From an uncultured Planctomycetia bacterium (GTDB lineage: Bacteria > Omnitrophota > Gorgyraeia > CAYWPX01): 64,000 nucleotides of DNA. The stretch covers positions 37,830 through 101,829 of the forward strand of contig CAYWPX010000006.1 in NCBI GenBank assembly GCA_964460615.1, read 5' to 3'. A program made the translations under genes and the position numbers. Position 1 is the first letter of the stretch; every line of letters begins with the position of its first letter. Shown piece by piece: positions 36,018-45,727 of this stretch. A model generated the notes under the pieces. The model made no database searches, had not been told where the DNA came from, and worked only from the letters and a program-made list of their open reading frames with translations.

Positions 36018-36971
36018 TCAGAGATTTATCTTTTCTTTTATAAAATAGGAAGGTTTTTTTAACGACTCAAAATAAGTCCTAATCTGCATCTCTGCCAGGA
36101 GGCCCATCAGTATAAACTGCACTCCAACCATTAGTAATACCGCAGATATAATTAACAACGGGCTCTGGATCATCGATATACCTTTGATAACCTTATTATA
36201 GATAAGCATTGCGGTAGACATAAAGCTAAGTAAAAAAGAGATCAGTCCTATTCCCCCAAAAATATATATCGGTTTTGAACCATAGCTTGCCAAAAATTTT
36301 ATTGTAATCAGGTCTAGGATAACCTTTAAGGTTCTCCATATATTATATTTTGATTTACCGTGTATCCTCGGCCTGTGGTTAACCGGAATTTCTGCAATTC
36401 TTGCTCCTACCCATGAGGCATAAATCGGAATAAATCTATGCATCTCTCCATAAAGCTTGATATCTTTTAATACCGAGGCCCTATAGGCTTTAAGGGTGCA
36501 CCCATAGTCATTCAAATGAACACCTCCGATAATAGATATTAATTTATTTGCTAGTATCGAGGGCAGCCTTCTATTAAAAAAAGCATCCTTCCTATCTTTC
36601 CTCCATCCGCTCACCACATCAAAACCCTCATTAATCTTTAAGAGCAATTTCGGAATATCGTTAGGATCGTTCTGAAGATCCCCATCCATAAATAATACTA
36701 TTTCTCCCTCGGCAAAATCGATCCCGCAAACCAAAGCAGCGGTCTGGCCAAAGTTTCTGGAAAAAGATATTACCTTTACAGACCCGTCATTCGAAGAAAT
36801 ATGCTTGAGCATATCCAGGCTCTTATCCAAACTGCCGTCATTTACAAAAATTATTTCATAAGTCAGTTTTTCTCTCTCTATGACCTGCTTAATCTCTTTA
36901 TAAAGTTCATCTATATTGCTCTCTTCATTGAATATGGGAATTATTATTGATATATTTGGTTTATTTTTCAT
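36018..36971 (-). CDS. GT2 polyprenyl-phosphate glycosyltransferase (DPM1/ArnC/GtrB-like) with two C-terminal TM helices
   Basis: ISIIIPIFNEESNI...FVNDGSLDKS...FMDGDLQNDP (DXD) in a GT-A fold. Two C-terminal TM helices, as in GtrB/ArnC. Confidence 0.8.
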   Translation of the reverse strand: MKNKPNISIIIPIFNEESNIDELYKEIKQVIEREKLTYEIIFVNDGSLDKSLDMLKHISSNDGSVKVISFSRNFGQTAALVCGIDFAEGEIVLFMDGDLQNDPNDIPKLLLKINEGFDVVSGWRKDRKDAFFNRRLPSILANKLISIIGGVHLNDYGCTLKAYRASVLKDIKLYGEMHRFIPIYASWVGARIAEIPVNHRPRIHGKSKYNIWRTLKVILDLITIKFLASYGSKPIYIFGGIGLISFLLSFMSTAMLIYNKVIKGISMIQSPLLIISAVLLMVGVQFILMGLLAEMQIRTYFESLKKPSYFIKEKINL

Positions 36972-37698
36972 CTTTTTCTCCGTTCTTGATCTTGGCTAGG
37001 ACAAGTATAAGATCTCCCTTAAAATTTAAATTGAGAAAAAAAACTAAATACAAAAAAATTGCCGCAGCTTTTTTTAAAAAACCGAATTTTCCTTCACTCG
37101 TATTCTGCGGAAGCGCCTGGCACAAATCCCTGTATAAAGGCGAGTAAAAAGGAAATCCCCATTTTTTTGCCTTAACAATATAAAAACCTGCGCTCTTTAT
37201 CTTAGTTAACAGCTCATCAAAAGAATAATTCCTTACGTGCCCCATGATTTTTTCAAAAGGCCGCATCTTCCCCAATAAAGTACATATCAAAAGATATTTA
37301 CCGGACATTTTGGAAAGATTCTTCAAAAAATTGACATCATTATTAATATGCTCTATTACATCGATCGCGGTAATAAGATCGTATTTTTCTTGTAGATATT
37401 CCTTTTCAAAATCGACAATATAAAATTTAGAACCGGGAAAATTTTCCTCTGCATTATTTATGGCAGTTTGAGAAATATCTGCGCCACTTAAAACAATTTT
37501 AGGATTTTTAGAAGCCACAAATCTTAAAAACGAACCTTCGCCGCATCCTATATCAAGCATAGAATTAACATTCAATTTTTTTATAATGCCAAAACACAGC
37601 CGCCTCGTATGGCGTGACATAGGGCCGAATTTTTTCATGTCAAACCATCTTGACCATGAACTATCATAAAACTTTTTATCAAAATTTTCTTTTGCCAT
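36961..37698 (-). CDS. Class I SAM-dependent methyltransferase
   Basis: Motif I SMLDIGCGEGSFL and motif post-I GADIS. Confidence 0.7.
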   Translation of the reverse strand: MAKENFDKKFYDSSWSRWFDMKKFGPMSRHTRRLCFGIIKKLNVNSMLDIGCGEGSFLRFVASKNPKIVLSGADISQTAINNAEENFPGSKFYIVDFEKEYLQEKYDLITAIDVIEHINNDVNFLKNLSKMSGKYLLICTLLGKMRPFEKIMGHVRNYSFDELLTKIKSAGFYIVKAKKWGFPFYSPLYRDLCQALPQNTSEGKFGFLKKAAAIFLYLVFFLNLNFKGDLILVLAKIKNGEKDEK

Positions 37699-37706
37699 AA
37701 TTCCCT

Positions 37707-39050
37707 CTAATTAAATACATCGAAAGTTGCTGTATTGCTGAAAACCGCCCCGAGGCCCAAATTTATTGACCACGCTGATACTAAAAATAGAAGCAGCACC
37801 GTTATTAGATTGCCCAGGTTGCCTCCGCCTTTATAATTGTTCAGATATACTCTTATTTTCTCCAAGGAGAGTGCGGATATTATAGCGATCGATGGATAGA
37901 CCGGAAGCATGTATCTCTCCTCTTTGGCAGGAATAATTACCAGGAAAATTATATGAACAAAAAACCAAGTCAAACATATTATCCTTTCCGGAGTAAAAAT
38001 TTTTCTAAATATTATTTTTACTGATTCAACATAAAAAAACAGGAATAACGGCGAAAGATACACAAAATAATAGAATTGGCCGTAACGAGGCCTTTTACTC
38101 AAAAGAATGAACCAGCTTGAGACCTTCTCAATGCCGGGCTGATAAGGCATATACCACGGTGACCCATAAATAGCTGTAATCTTGTAATACCAGAAAAAAC
38201 ATACAAAGAAAGCGCTTAAAATAAAAAACATAAGCCTTTTGTCAAAGATATTTTTAAAACTTAAGCCACCCATCCCTTTTTCTTTTAAATTAATAAGTAA
38301 AAATGATAGGGCTAATATGATGATTATAAAAACCCCTGACTGTTTCGTCAAGCCGGCCAGCCCCCCCATAATACCGCTCAATACAAAATAATAAATTTTA
38401 TCCTTTTTAAAACCAAGCCAAAAAAAGATTACGCATAATATCGTAAAAAACGACACCATTTCATCCGTCCAAAGCCTTTGCGAAGTCAGAATATCAACCG
38501 GGCTTGTAGCAACCAGTATCGACGCCCACAATCCGACATTTTCACTAAAAAAAAGTTTCCCGAGAATAAAAACTAAAAGTATAAACAATATGCTGAATAA
38601 AAAATTGGGCCAAACAGCATAGAATTGAGCTTTTAAAAAAAAATCCGGCCTTATAAAAATAGCAAACGGCCCAAGATTACTGTTTACGGATAAATACGGG
38701 GCATGGCTTGCAAATAATTTATGCGAAAGCATCATTAGGAAACTAAATGCCGGAGGCATATTAGATAGAATTTCTTTTGAATAATAAAATACATTATCTT
38801 TTTCAAAGCTTTCAAGGAGAACCCCCTTGCCCTCCATAGGACTAAACTCCAGGAGGTGATTTACTTTTTTTACATCGATACCATTGAGGTTGTAGCCTTT
38901 CAGGCCAAACTTATCCAATTTCATAGCAAGGCCCAAAAATGAAACCTGATCACCGTGGTTATGAGGAAGGTAAAAGGTGTGCATACGAAGGCTTATAGAA
39001 AAAATAACTATAAGCAAAACTATTACAAGGCTATTAATTTTATTTTTCAT
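37707..39050 (-). CDS. GT-C family membrane glycosyltransferase (ArnT/PMT_2-like)
   Basis: 447 aa, ~11 TM helices, short N-terminal loop with HNHGDQ after TM1. Encoded next to the GT2 polyprenyl-P sugar synthase, a pairing typical of ArnC/ArnT-like systems. The family assignment rests on topology only. Confidence 0.5.
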   Translation of the reverse strand: MKNKINSLVIVLLIVIFSISLRMHTFYLPHNHGDQVSFLGLAMKLDKFGLKGYNLNGIDVKKVNHLLEFSPMEGKGVLLESFEKDNVFYYSKEILSNMPPAFSFLMMLSHKLFASHAPYLSVNSNLGPFAIFIRPDFFLKAQFYAVWPNFLFSILFILLVFILGKLFFSENVGLWASILVATSPVDILTSQRLWTDEMVSFFTILCVIFFWLGFKKDKIYYFVLSGIMGGLAGLTKQSGVFIIIILALSFLLINLKEKGMGGLSFKNIFDKRLMFFILSAFFVCFFWYYKITAIYGSPWYMPYQPGIEKVSSWFILLSKRPRYGQFYYFVYLSPLFLFFYVESVKIIFRKIFTPERIICLTWFFVHIIFLVIIPAKEERYMLPVYPSIAIISALSLEKIRVYLNNYKGGGNLGNLITVLLLFLVSAWSINLGLGAVFSNTATFDVFN

Positions 39051-39068
39051 GGTATTATTTTAAGTAGC

Positions 39069-39100
39069 CAAAAAAATATAGCGCATAAATTGCGCTATAT
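39069..39100 (-). terminator. Rho-independent terminator downstream of fabD
   Basis: Perfect 10-bp inverted repeat ATATAGCGCA-taaat-TGCGCTATAT (39076..39100). On the minus strand it is followed by a run of seven T (39069..39075), 34 nt past the fabD stop. Confidence 0.7.
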
Positions 39101-39133
39101 AAAATTTATATAATCTCTTTATAAAAAATAGTA

Positions 39134-40057
39134 TTATAATTTAAGGTCATCGGCAGTTTCAATATTATTGACCAGCAAAGACGGATCAATCCTTCTTATA
39201 AGCCCCTTCAGGACTTTTCCCGGCCCTATCTCAAGAAAACTCGTTACGCCGTTCCTAGACGCAAGCCTTACCGAATCTTCAAATCTTGTGGTACTGGCTA
39301 CCTGCAGATAAAGATTCTTTTTTATTTCGTTCGGGTTATCCTCATAATCGCTTGTTACATTGGCAATAACGGGAATCTGGGGCATCCTAATCTCTATCTT
39401 TTCAAGTTCATCTTTAAGCTTTAGAGAGGCACTTTTCATATAGTTAGAATGAAACGGCCCGCTGCAATCAAGCTGTATTACTTTCTTTGCGCCTTTAGCC
39501 TTAGCCAGTTCCTGAAACTTTTCGCTATTCTCAAGCCCCGCTGAAACAACTACCTGTCCGGGACAGTTAAGATTTGCTATGTAACTGGAAGTTTCGTTGC
39601 AAACAGCCTCAACAGCTTCCTTTTCCAATCCTATAACCGAGAACATTTTTCCGGGATTTTCAAGAGAGGCCTCTTCCATATACTCACCGCGTTTTCTAAC
39701 CAGTTTTACGGCATCTTTAAATTCCATTGCCCCGCATGCTACTAAAGCAGAATACTCGCCCAAGCTCAACCCAAATGTTAAAACGCATTCAAACCTTTTT
39801 GGTTCCAAACTATTTATCACCGCCAAAGCCGCCATGCTCGTAGTGAGTATTGCCGCTTGGGAATTTCTGGTTGAAGACAACTCATCAGCCGGGCCCTCAA
39901 AACAAAGTTTTTTGATATCAAAATTCAACAAATAGGATGCGCTATCAAAAATATCCTTCGCCTCGGAAAAATTTTCATAAAGCGACTTACCCATTCCGAC
40001 GTACTGAGACCCCTGTCCCGGAAATATAAACGCACATTTTTGTTTATTTATCGTCAT
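39134..40057 (-). CDS. fabD: Malonyl-CoA:ACP transacylase
   Basis: CAFIFPGQGSQYVGMGKSLYE with the GLSLGEYSA active-site Ser motif. Confidence 0.92.
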   Translation of the reverse strand: MTINKQKCAFIFPGQGSQYVGMGKSLYENFSEAKDIFDSASYLLNFDIKKLCFEGPADELSSTRNSQAAILTTSMAALAVINSLEPKRFECVLTFGLSLGEYSALVACGAMEFKDAVKLVRKRGEYMEEASLENPGKMFSVIGLEKEAVEAVCNETSSYIANLNCPGQVVVSAGLENSEKFQELAKAKGAKKVIQLDCSGPFHSNYMKSASLKLKDELEKIEIRMPQIPVIANVTSDYEDNPNEIKKNLYLQVASTTRFEDSVRLASRNGVTSFLEIGPGKVLKGLIRRIDPSLLVNNIETADDLKL

Positions 40058-40082
40058 TTTATTTTTTTTCTTTTTTTGTTTT

Positions 40083-40117
40083 TACTGTGTACTATGAACT
40101 GTGTACTTGTGTACTGT
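40083..40117. repeat. Degenerate array of the same heptamer (TACTGTG-like x5) between the fabH stop and fabD start
   Basis: tactgtg tactatg aactgtg tacttgtg tactgt, ending 5 nt from the fabH stop codon. Confidence 0.6.
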
Positions 40118-40122
40118 TTTGA

Positions 40123-41106
40123 TTACATCTCTATCGAAACAGCTCCCCAGGCCAACCCGCCGCCGAAGGCTACCAGTACAATAACATCGCCTTTTTTAAA
40201 TTTCCTTTCGTCCATTGCCTCGCAAAGCGCCACAGCGCTTGATGCGCTGGACATATTGCCATATTTATCAATATTCAAAAAGATCTTCTCTTCGGGCAAT
40301 TTCATCATCTTTGCCACTGCCATAATAATTCTGATATTCGCCTGATGTGGTATTACACACGCAAGCTCTTTACAGGAGTGGCCGGTCATTGTAAGTACTT
40401 TGTTGCCGGCATCCGCCATTACCTTGACTGCGATCTTAAATAACTCAGTCCCTGACATCTTTATATAATGCAACCTGTCGTCAACGGTTTTATGAGTTGC
40501 CGGATGCTGAGATCCTCCACCGGGAAGATTAAGGATTTCTGAATTATTCCCATCAGCCGCGAGATATGTCGCCAAAATCCCGCCTCTTTTGACCTTGCCC
40601 ATGACCACCGCTCCTGCGCCGTCTCCAAACAAAACGCAGGTGTTCCTGTCTTTCCAGTCGGTGATACTTGACAATTTTTCAGCGCCTATAACTAAAATAT
40701 GCTTATATGTGCCGTTCTCTATAAACTGTTTTGCAGTAGATATGGCGTATACAAACCCGGCGCATGCTGCGCTTATATCAAAACTAGCGGCATTTATCGC
40801 GCCTATCTTTTTTTGGACCAGACACGCCGTAGAAGGAAAAACCATATCGGGGGTTATAGTAGCTACGATAATTAGATCAATATCCGCCGGTTTAAGACCT
40901 GCTGATTCGATAGCCTTTTTAGCAGCTTCACTAGCCAAATCACTGGTAAATGTATTATCATCTGCAATCCTACGTTCCTTGATCCCGGTGCGGGTTGTTA
41001 TCCACTCATCGGAAGTCTCGACCATCTTTTCAAGGTCTTTATTCGTAAGGACCTTGGCCGGAAGGCTCTTACCCCAGCCAAGAAAACCTACCTGGATTTT
41101 AGCCAT
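40123..41106 (-). CDS. fabH: 3-oxoacyl-ACP synthase III
   Basis: Active-site Cys (ACAGF), His (HQANIRI) and Asn (GNMSSAS). Ends GGGLAWGA. Confidence 0.92.
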   Translation of the reverse strand: MAKIQVGFLGWGKSLPAKVLTNKDLEKMVETSDEWITTRTGIKERRIADDNTFTSDLASEAAKKAIESAGLKPADIDLIIVATITPDMVFPSTACLVQKKIGAINAASFDISAACAGFVYAISTAKQFIENGTYKHILVIGAEKLSSITDWKDRNTCVLFGDGAGAVVMGKVKRGGILATYLAADGNNSEILNLPGGGSQHPATHKTVDDRLHYIKMSGTELFKIAVKVMADAGNKVLTMTGHSCKELACVIPHQANIRIIMAVAKMMKLPEEKIFLNIDKYGNMSSASSAVALCEAMDERKFKKGDVIVLVAFGGGLAWGAVSIEM

Positions 41107-42127
41107 TATTATTTTTATTGGAAGATTTGACCCCTTCCAACTCCTTTAAGATGTGTGTATTTACGTCTTCATCTACAAAATGTTTTGCGGCTTTTACCGC
41201 ATTTTTAATAGCCTTGGCCGACGACCTGCCGTGAGAAATAATTACGCTCCCGTCAACTCCTAATAGAGGGGCACCGCCGTATTCAGAATAATCCATCTCT
41301 TTGATGATTTTCTTAAACCCGCGGCTATTCACTATTAAAAGCGCCATAAGTTTTGTAAAGATATTTGATTTAAAATATTTCTTCAGGGTTTTACCGATCG
41401 CCTCGGCTATACTTTCAGCAACCTTTAGAACAACATTCCCGACAAACCCGTCACAGACAACAACATCGCTTTTCCCGGCAAATATATCCTTACCCTCGAT
41501 ATTACCGATAAAATTGAGATCCGTTTCAGATAATGATTTATATGCATCCTTTATGAAATCAGTACCCTTAGTCTCTTCTTCTCCAATGCTCAATAACCCG
41601 ATGCTGGGATTTTTCTTGCCTAAGATATGTTTGGAATATGCATCAGCCATGACAGCATAGTGCAATAGATGTTTCGGAGTCGGAGCAATATTAGCCCCGA
41701 CGTCAATGATCATGGAAAAACCTTTTGCAGTCGGAACAACTATCGCGATCCCTGGCCGTTCAATATCAGGAAGGAGTCTCAATTTAAGCGTCGCCGCCAC
41801 AACCACAGCCCCTGTATTGCCGGCAGATATAAAAACATCCGCTTTTTTGTCGGCGACAAGGTCCATTCCTATACTGATGGAAGAATTTTTCTTTTTTCTG
41901 ATGGCTAGCGCCGGATGTTCATGCATCTCAACAATATCCGATGCATGCTCAATAGAGATCCTATCCATTCTTGCGTTTGGATATTTTTTTAGCTCAGATT
42001 CGATCTTTTCTTTAACACCGACGAGAATGATCTCGCAATCAAATTCTGCCGCAGCTAAAACCGCTCCTTCAACTATAGCACCAGGAGCATCATCCCCACC
42101 CATTGCATCAAGGACAATTTTTGTCAT
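41099..42127 (-). CDS. plsX: Phosphate acyltransferase PlsX
   Basis: MTKIVLDAMGGDDAPGAIVEGA... is the canonical PlsX N-terminus. Overlaps rpmF and fabH by a few nt. Confidence 0.92.
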   Translation of the reverse strand: MTKIVLDAMGGDDAPGAIVEGAVLAAAEFDCEIILVGVKEKIESELKKYPNARMDRISIEHASDIVEMHEHPALAIRKKKNSSISIGMDLVADKKADVFISAGNTGAVVVAATLKLRLLPDIERPGIAIVVPTAKGFSMIIDVGANIAPTPKHLLHYAVMADAYSKHILGKKNPSIGLLSIGEEETKGTDFIKDAYKSLSETDLNFIGNIEGKDIFAGKSDVVVCDGFVGNVVLKVAESIAEAIGKTLKKYFKSNIFTKLMALLIVNSRGFKKIIKEMDYSEYGGAPLLGVDGSVIISHGRSSAKAIKNAVKAAKHFVDEDVNTHILKELEGVKSSNKNNNG

Positions 42128-42318
42128 TTTTCTGTTCCTTTTTCAGCTTTAATCACTACCGGTTTCCCTTTATAAAAACCACAATGAGGGCAGATCCTGT
42201 GTGGCATTTTTTCTTTCTGACATTGAGGGCAGATGGATGCATTGCCAGCTTTTAGGGCATCGTGTGTACGACGCTTTCTTGTCATTGTATTCGAATGTCT
42301 ACGCTTCGGATTTGGCAT
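42124..42318 (-). CDS. rpmF: 50S ribosomal protein L32
   Basis: 64 aa, MPNPKRRHSNTMTRKRRTHDALK... with a CxxC...CxxC zinc ribbon. Canonical rpmF-plsX-fabH-fabD synteny. Confidence 0.85.
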   Translation of the reverse strand: MPNPKRRHSNTMTRKRRTHDALKAGNASICPQCQKEKMPHRICPHCGFYKGKPVVIKAEKGTEK

Positions 42319-42355
42319 TTTTCGTGTCTCCTTTTACGGTTTTATGTCTCTACTA

Positions 42356-43525
42356 TTAGTAGCTACTTATTAATTTTTTTGAATTATTGATCTTATCATA
42401 AGCATCTCGGGCTATCATAAGCTCTTCATTTGTAGGGATTACCAATATTTTAGTTTTAAATTTATTTATTATATTAGATACGCTTTTTTTAATACTGCCT
42501 ATTAGCTCCGGGTTATGCTGGCCGATACCGGCAGTAAAAACTATCGCATCTACGCCATTCATGCTGGCCGTATATGCACCGATATATTTAATAATCCTGT
42601 AAGCAAAGATCTCAAGAGCGATCTTGGCCTTTTTATTGCCTTTCTTTACAGCATTCTTAAGGTCTCTCATGTCATTACTGACTTCGGATATTCCAAGTAG
42701 GCCGCTTTTCTTATTCAGCACGTTGTTGATCTCTTTTAGACTTAGCCCCTCTTTATCCATGAGGTATATAATTATTGCCGGATCGATATCCCCGGAACGC
42801 GTCCCCATAACAAGCCCCTCTAAAGGCGTAAACCCCATTGATGTATCAATAGCTCTTCCGTTCAAAGTCGCTGTCATGCTGCAGCCATTGCCCAAATGAC
42901 AAGTTATGAGTTTCAGTTTTGAGATAGGCTTTTTCAGAATCTTCGCTGCCTCATTCGCGACATATTTATGGCTTGTCCCGTGAAAACCGAAACGTCTAAT
43001 ATTATAATGTGTATAAAATTTATAAGGCAGTGCGTATAGATACGCCTTCTGGGGCATTGTCTGAAAAAATGCCGTGTCAAACACCGCCACCTGCGTTGTC
43101 CCGGGAAACTCTTTCAAGCATGCCTTTATGCCCAATAATGACGGCGGATTATGTAAAGGAGCAAGTTCGTTATATTTTTTTAAAACCTCTATTACTCTTT
43201 TATTTATTATTGTTGCTTCCCTGAAATCCTCTCCTCCATGCACTACCCTGTGGCCTATCCCTTTGATTTCCGAGATATCATCCAAAACTCCGGTTTCTCT
43301 ATCTGTCAGGATATCTTTGATAATCTTAATCGCTTCGTAATGATCCGGGCAATAGATCTTTTTGACGAGGGACTGTGTTTTCGATCTATCAAAGATAAGA
43401 TGCGAATTCTTATCGCCTATTCTTTCAATAAGCCCTTTTGCCAAAACCGAAACTTTACCGGGCCCAAGATCAAATACCTCAAATTTAGCAGATGAGCTGC
43501 CGCAATTAATAACCAAAATAAACAT
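42356..43525 (-). CDS. ackA: Acetate kinase
   Basis: ILVINCGSSSAKFEVF N-terminal motif, GHRVVHGG, and FHGTSH. Confidence 0.92.
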   Translation of the reverse strand: MFILVINCGSSSAKFEVFDLGPGKVSVLAKGLIERIGDKNSHLIFDRSKTQSLVKKIYCPDHYEAIKIIKDILTDRETGVLDDISEIKGIGHRVVHGGEDFREATIINKRVIEVLKKYNELAPLHNPPSLLGIKACLKEFPGTTQVAVFDTAFFQTMPQKAYLYALPYKFYTHYNIRRFGFHGTSHKYVANEAAKILKKPISKLKLITCHLGNGCSMTATLNGRAIDTSMGFTPLEGLVMGTRSGDIDPAIIIYLMDKEGLSLKEINNVLNKKSGLLGISEVSNDMRDLKNAVKKGNKKAKIALEIFAYRIIKYIGAYTASMNGVDAIVFTAGIGQHNPELIGSIKKSVSNIINKFKTKILVIPTNEELMIARDAYDKINNSKKLISSY

Positions 43526-43569
43526 ATTAAAAAAATCCTTAAAAGATTCTTAAAACTTCAATAATTAGT

Positions 43570-44601
43570 CTAGGCCGAGTAAAGAGTGGTGTTGGTAGAA
43601 GGATCTATCTGCGCGCTAACTACCGTAAGAGCAATAGCATCGATAATATCTTCTATAAGACATCCACGGGACAAATCGCTACAAGGTTTATTTAAACCTA
43701 TTAGAAAAGGCCCCACAGCGCGGGCTTTTGCAAGGCGCTGGGTAAGCTTGTAACAAATATTCCCCGCGTCCAGATTCGGGAAAATAAGCACATTTGCTCT
43801 TCCTGCTACCTGGCTTTCTTTACATTTGATCTTCGCTACTTCAGGTATTATCGCTGCATCCAGCTGAAATTCTCCGTCGATAAACATATCCGGAGCGAGC
43901 TCATTTGCTTTTTTAACCCCGTTCACTACTTTCTCTACCATCTCGCCGTCTGCGCTTCCTTTTGTTGAATAACTGAGCATGGCAACTCTAGGGGTAGCAT
44001 TAAAAAGTTTTTTCATGAATTTTCCGGCCGATATGCCGATATTCGCCAACTGCACACTTGAGGGGTCAGGAATACTGCCACAATCTGCATAAATAAAAAC
44101 TCCTTCGTGTCCGAAGGATTTATCATCAAGTTCTATAAGAAAACAGCTTGATACTGTGCCGACTTTTTTGTTTGGCTTAACACAATAAATTGCTGCTTTA
44201 ATTACGCTTCCGCTAGTGTGTGAAGCCCCCGCCACAAACCCGTCTGCTAAACCGAGAGCAACCATCATGGCGCCAAAAAAAAGAGGACTTTCATCTATAG
44301 CCTTGCGGGCATCATCCGGGCTTATACCCTTATGCTTTCTGAGTTCATAGAAATTGGTTACGATCTTATCTAGATCAGGGGACTTTTTGGGATCCACTAT
44401 TTTAGCTTTCCCTAGATCCAAAGAAAGTTCCTTGGAAAACCTGTTTATTTCATCAATATCGCCTAAAATCGTTATATCGGCAATGCCCAATTTTAAAGCC
44501 CGGTCACAGGCTATCAAAGTCCTTTCTTCGGTACCTTCGGGTAATACTATCTTTTTTGGATCTTTTGCCGCCCTGATTCTAAGTTCGTCTATTAAACTCA
44601 T
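43570..44601 (-). CDS. pta: Phosphate acetyltransferase (PTA_PTB domain only)
   Basis: 343 aa PTA_PTB family, KIVLPEGTEERTLIA...SHTSGSVIKAAI. Adjacent to ackA. Confidence 0.88.
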   Translation of the reverse strand: MSLIDELRIRAAKDPKKIVLPEGTEERTLIACDRALKLGIADITILGDIDEINRFSKELSLDLGKAKIVDPKKSPDLDKIVTNFYELRKHKGISPDDARKAIDESPLFFGAMMVALGLADGFVAGASHTSGSVIKAAIYCVKPNKKVGTVSSCFLIELDDKSFGHEGVFIYADCGSIPDPSSVQLANIGISAGKFMKKLFNATPRVAMLSYSTKGSADGEMVEKVVNGVKKANELAPDMFIDGEFQLDAAIIPEVAKIKCKESQVAGRANVLIFPNLDAGNICYKLTQRLAKARAVGPFLIGLNKPCSDLSRGCLIEDIIDAIALTVVSAQIDPSTNTTLYSA

Positions 44602-45083
44602 TTCGAAAGCCTTTCTTTAACCATTTTTGCCACAAACCCCGGTGCAAAATTATCAATATCTGAGCCCAGCGAAGCAACCTCTTTAATAAGCTTGCTTGAG
44701 ATATATAAATAAGAATTGCTTGGCATCATAAATATGGTTTCGATATCATCCGCCAGCTTTCTATTCATGAGAGCCAGCTGGAATTCATATTCAAAATCTG
44801 AGATCATCCTTATGCTTCTTATTATAACTTTACACCCATGTTTCTTGGCGTAATCCACAGTAAAACCATCAAAATCATCGATAGTAACATTTTTTAAGCC
44901 CTTAATAGCCCTCTTAAGCATTCCGACGCGTTCTTCCACACTAAAAAGAGATATTTTGGCGCTTTTATGCGCCACCGCAACAATGACCTTATCAAATACC
45001 TTTGAAGCCCTCTTAATGATATCTATATGACCAAAAGTAACGGGATCAAAGCTTCCCGGGTACATGGCGATTTTAGCGGACAT
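44598..45083 (-). CDS. coaD: Phosphopantetheine adenylyltransferase
   Basis: IAMYPGSFDPVTFGHIDIIKRA (HxGH nucleotidyltransferase motif). Confidence 0.92.
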   Translation of the reverse strand: MSAKIAMYPGSFDPVTFGHIDIIKRASKVFDKVIVAVAHKSAKISLFSVEERVGMLKRAIKGLKNVTIDDFDGFTVDYAKKHGCKVIIRSIRMISDFEYEFQLALMNRKLADDIETIFMMPSNSYLYISSKLIKEVASLGSDIDNFAPGFVAKMVKERLSK

Positions 45084-45088
45084 ATATA

Positions 45089-45679
45089 TTATTCTCTCTT
45101 CTTTTTAAAAAAAGACACCTTTGTATCCCCGTATATAGCGGATTTTTTAAGCTCAAGTGTCTTTAACGCGCCAAGATCATCCTTTAAATGATGCTCAGCT
45201 ACTATTAAACCTGAAGGCATTAATATATCATATTCATCCAGCATTATCAAGGTTTTTTTTGCCATAGAAACCACTTTCTCCCCGTCTTTGGAAATAAACA
45301 TCTCTTTCCAGTAAGGCGGGTCCAGGAATACCAGGTCATAATTATATTTATTAGTATATAATTTAGGGATAAGCTTTAATACATCGGCCTTAACCACTTT
45401 CGTCTGGTTTTCAAGGCTAAGGCCTTCAATATTATGCCTGATGGCTTTGATTGAATTTACATTGTTATCTACGAAAAGGACCGAATTTGCGCCCCTTGAA
45501 ATAGCCTCAAGCCCATACGCGCCGCTTCCGGCAAAAAGGTCCAGAACCGTAGCCCCATCAGGGTACCCTCCGATAATATTAAATACGGATTCGCGCACCT
45601 TATCCTGGGTAGGACGGACGAACCTGTCATTTGGCATTTCCAATAAACGGCTCCTAAGAGTACCGGCGATTATTCTCAT
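45089..45679 (-). CDS. rsmD: 16S rRNA (guanine966-N2)-methyltransferase RsmD
   Basis: VLDLFAGSGAYGLEAISRGA and LDPPY motifs. Upstream of coaD, as is common. Confidence 0.85.
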   Translation of the reverse strand: MRIIAGTLRSRLLEMPNDRFVRPTQDKVRESVFNIIGGYPDGATVLDLFAGSGAYGLEAISRGANSVLFVDNNVNSIKAIRHNIEGLSLENQTKVVKADVLKLIPKLYTNKYNYDLVFLDPPYWKEMFISKDGEKVVSMAKKTLIMLDEYDILMPSGLIVAEHHLKDDLGALKTLELKKSAIYGDTKVSFFKKKRE

Positions 45680-45727
45680 ATTAGGTTTATAAATCCTTTC
45701 TTTCTTTAGTATATCACGCCAAATATA

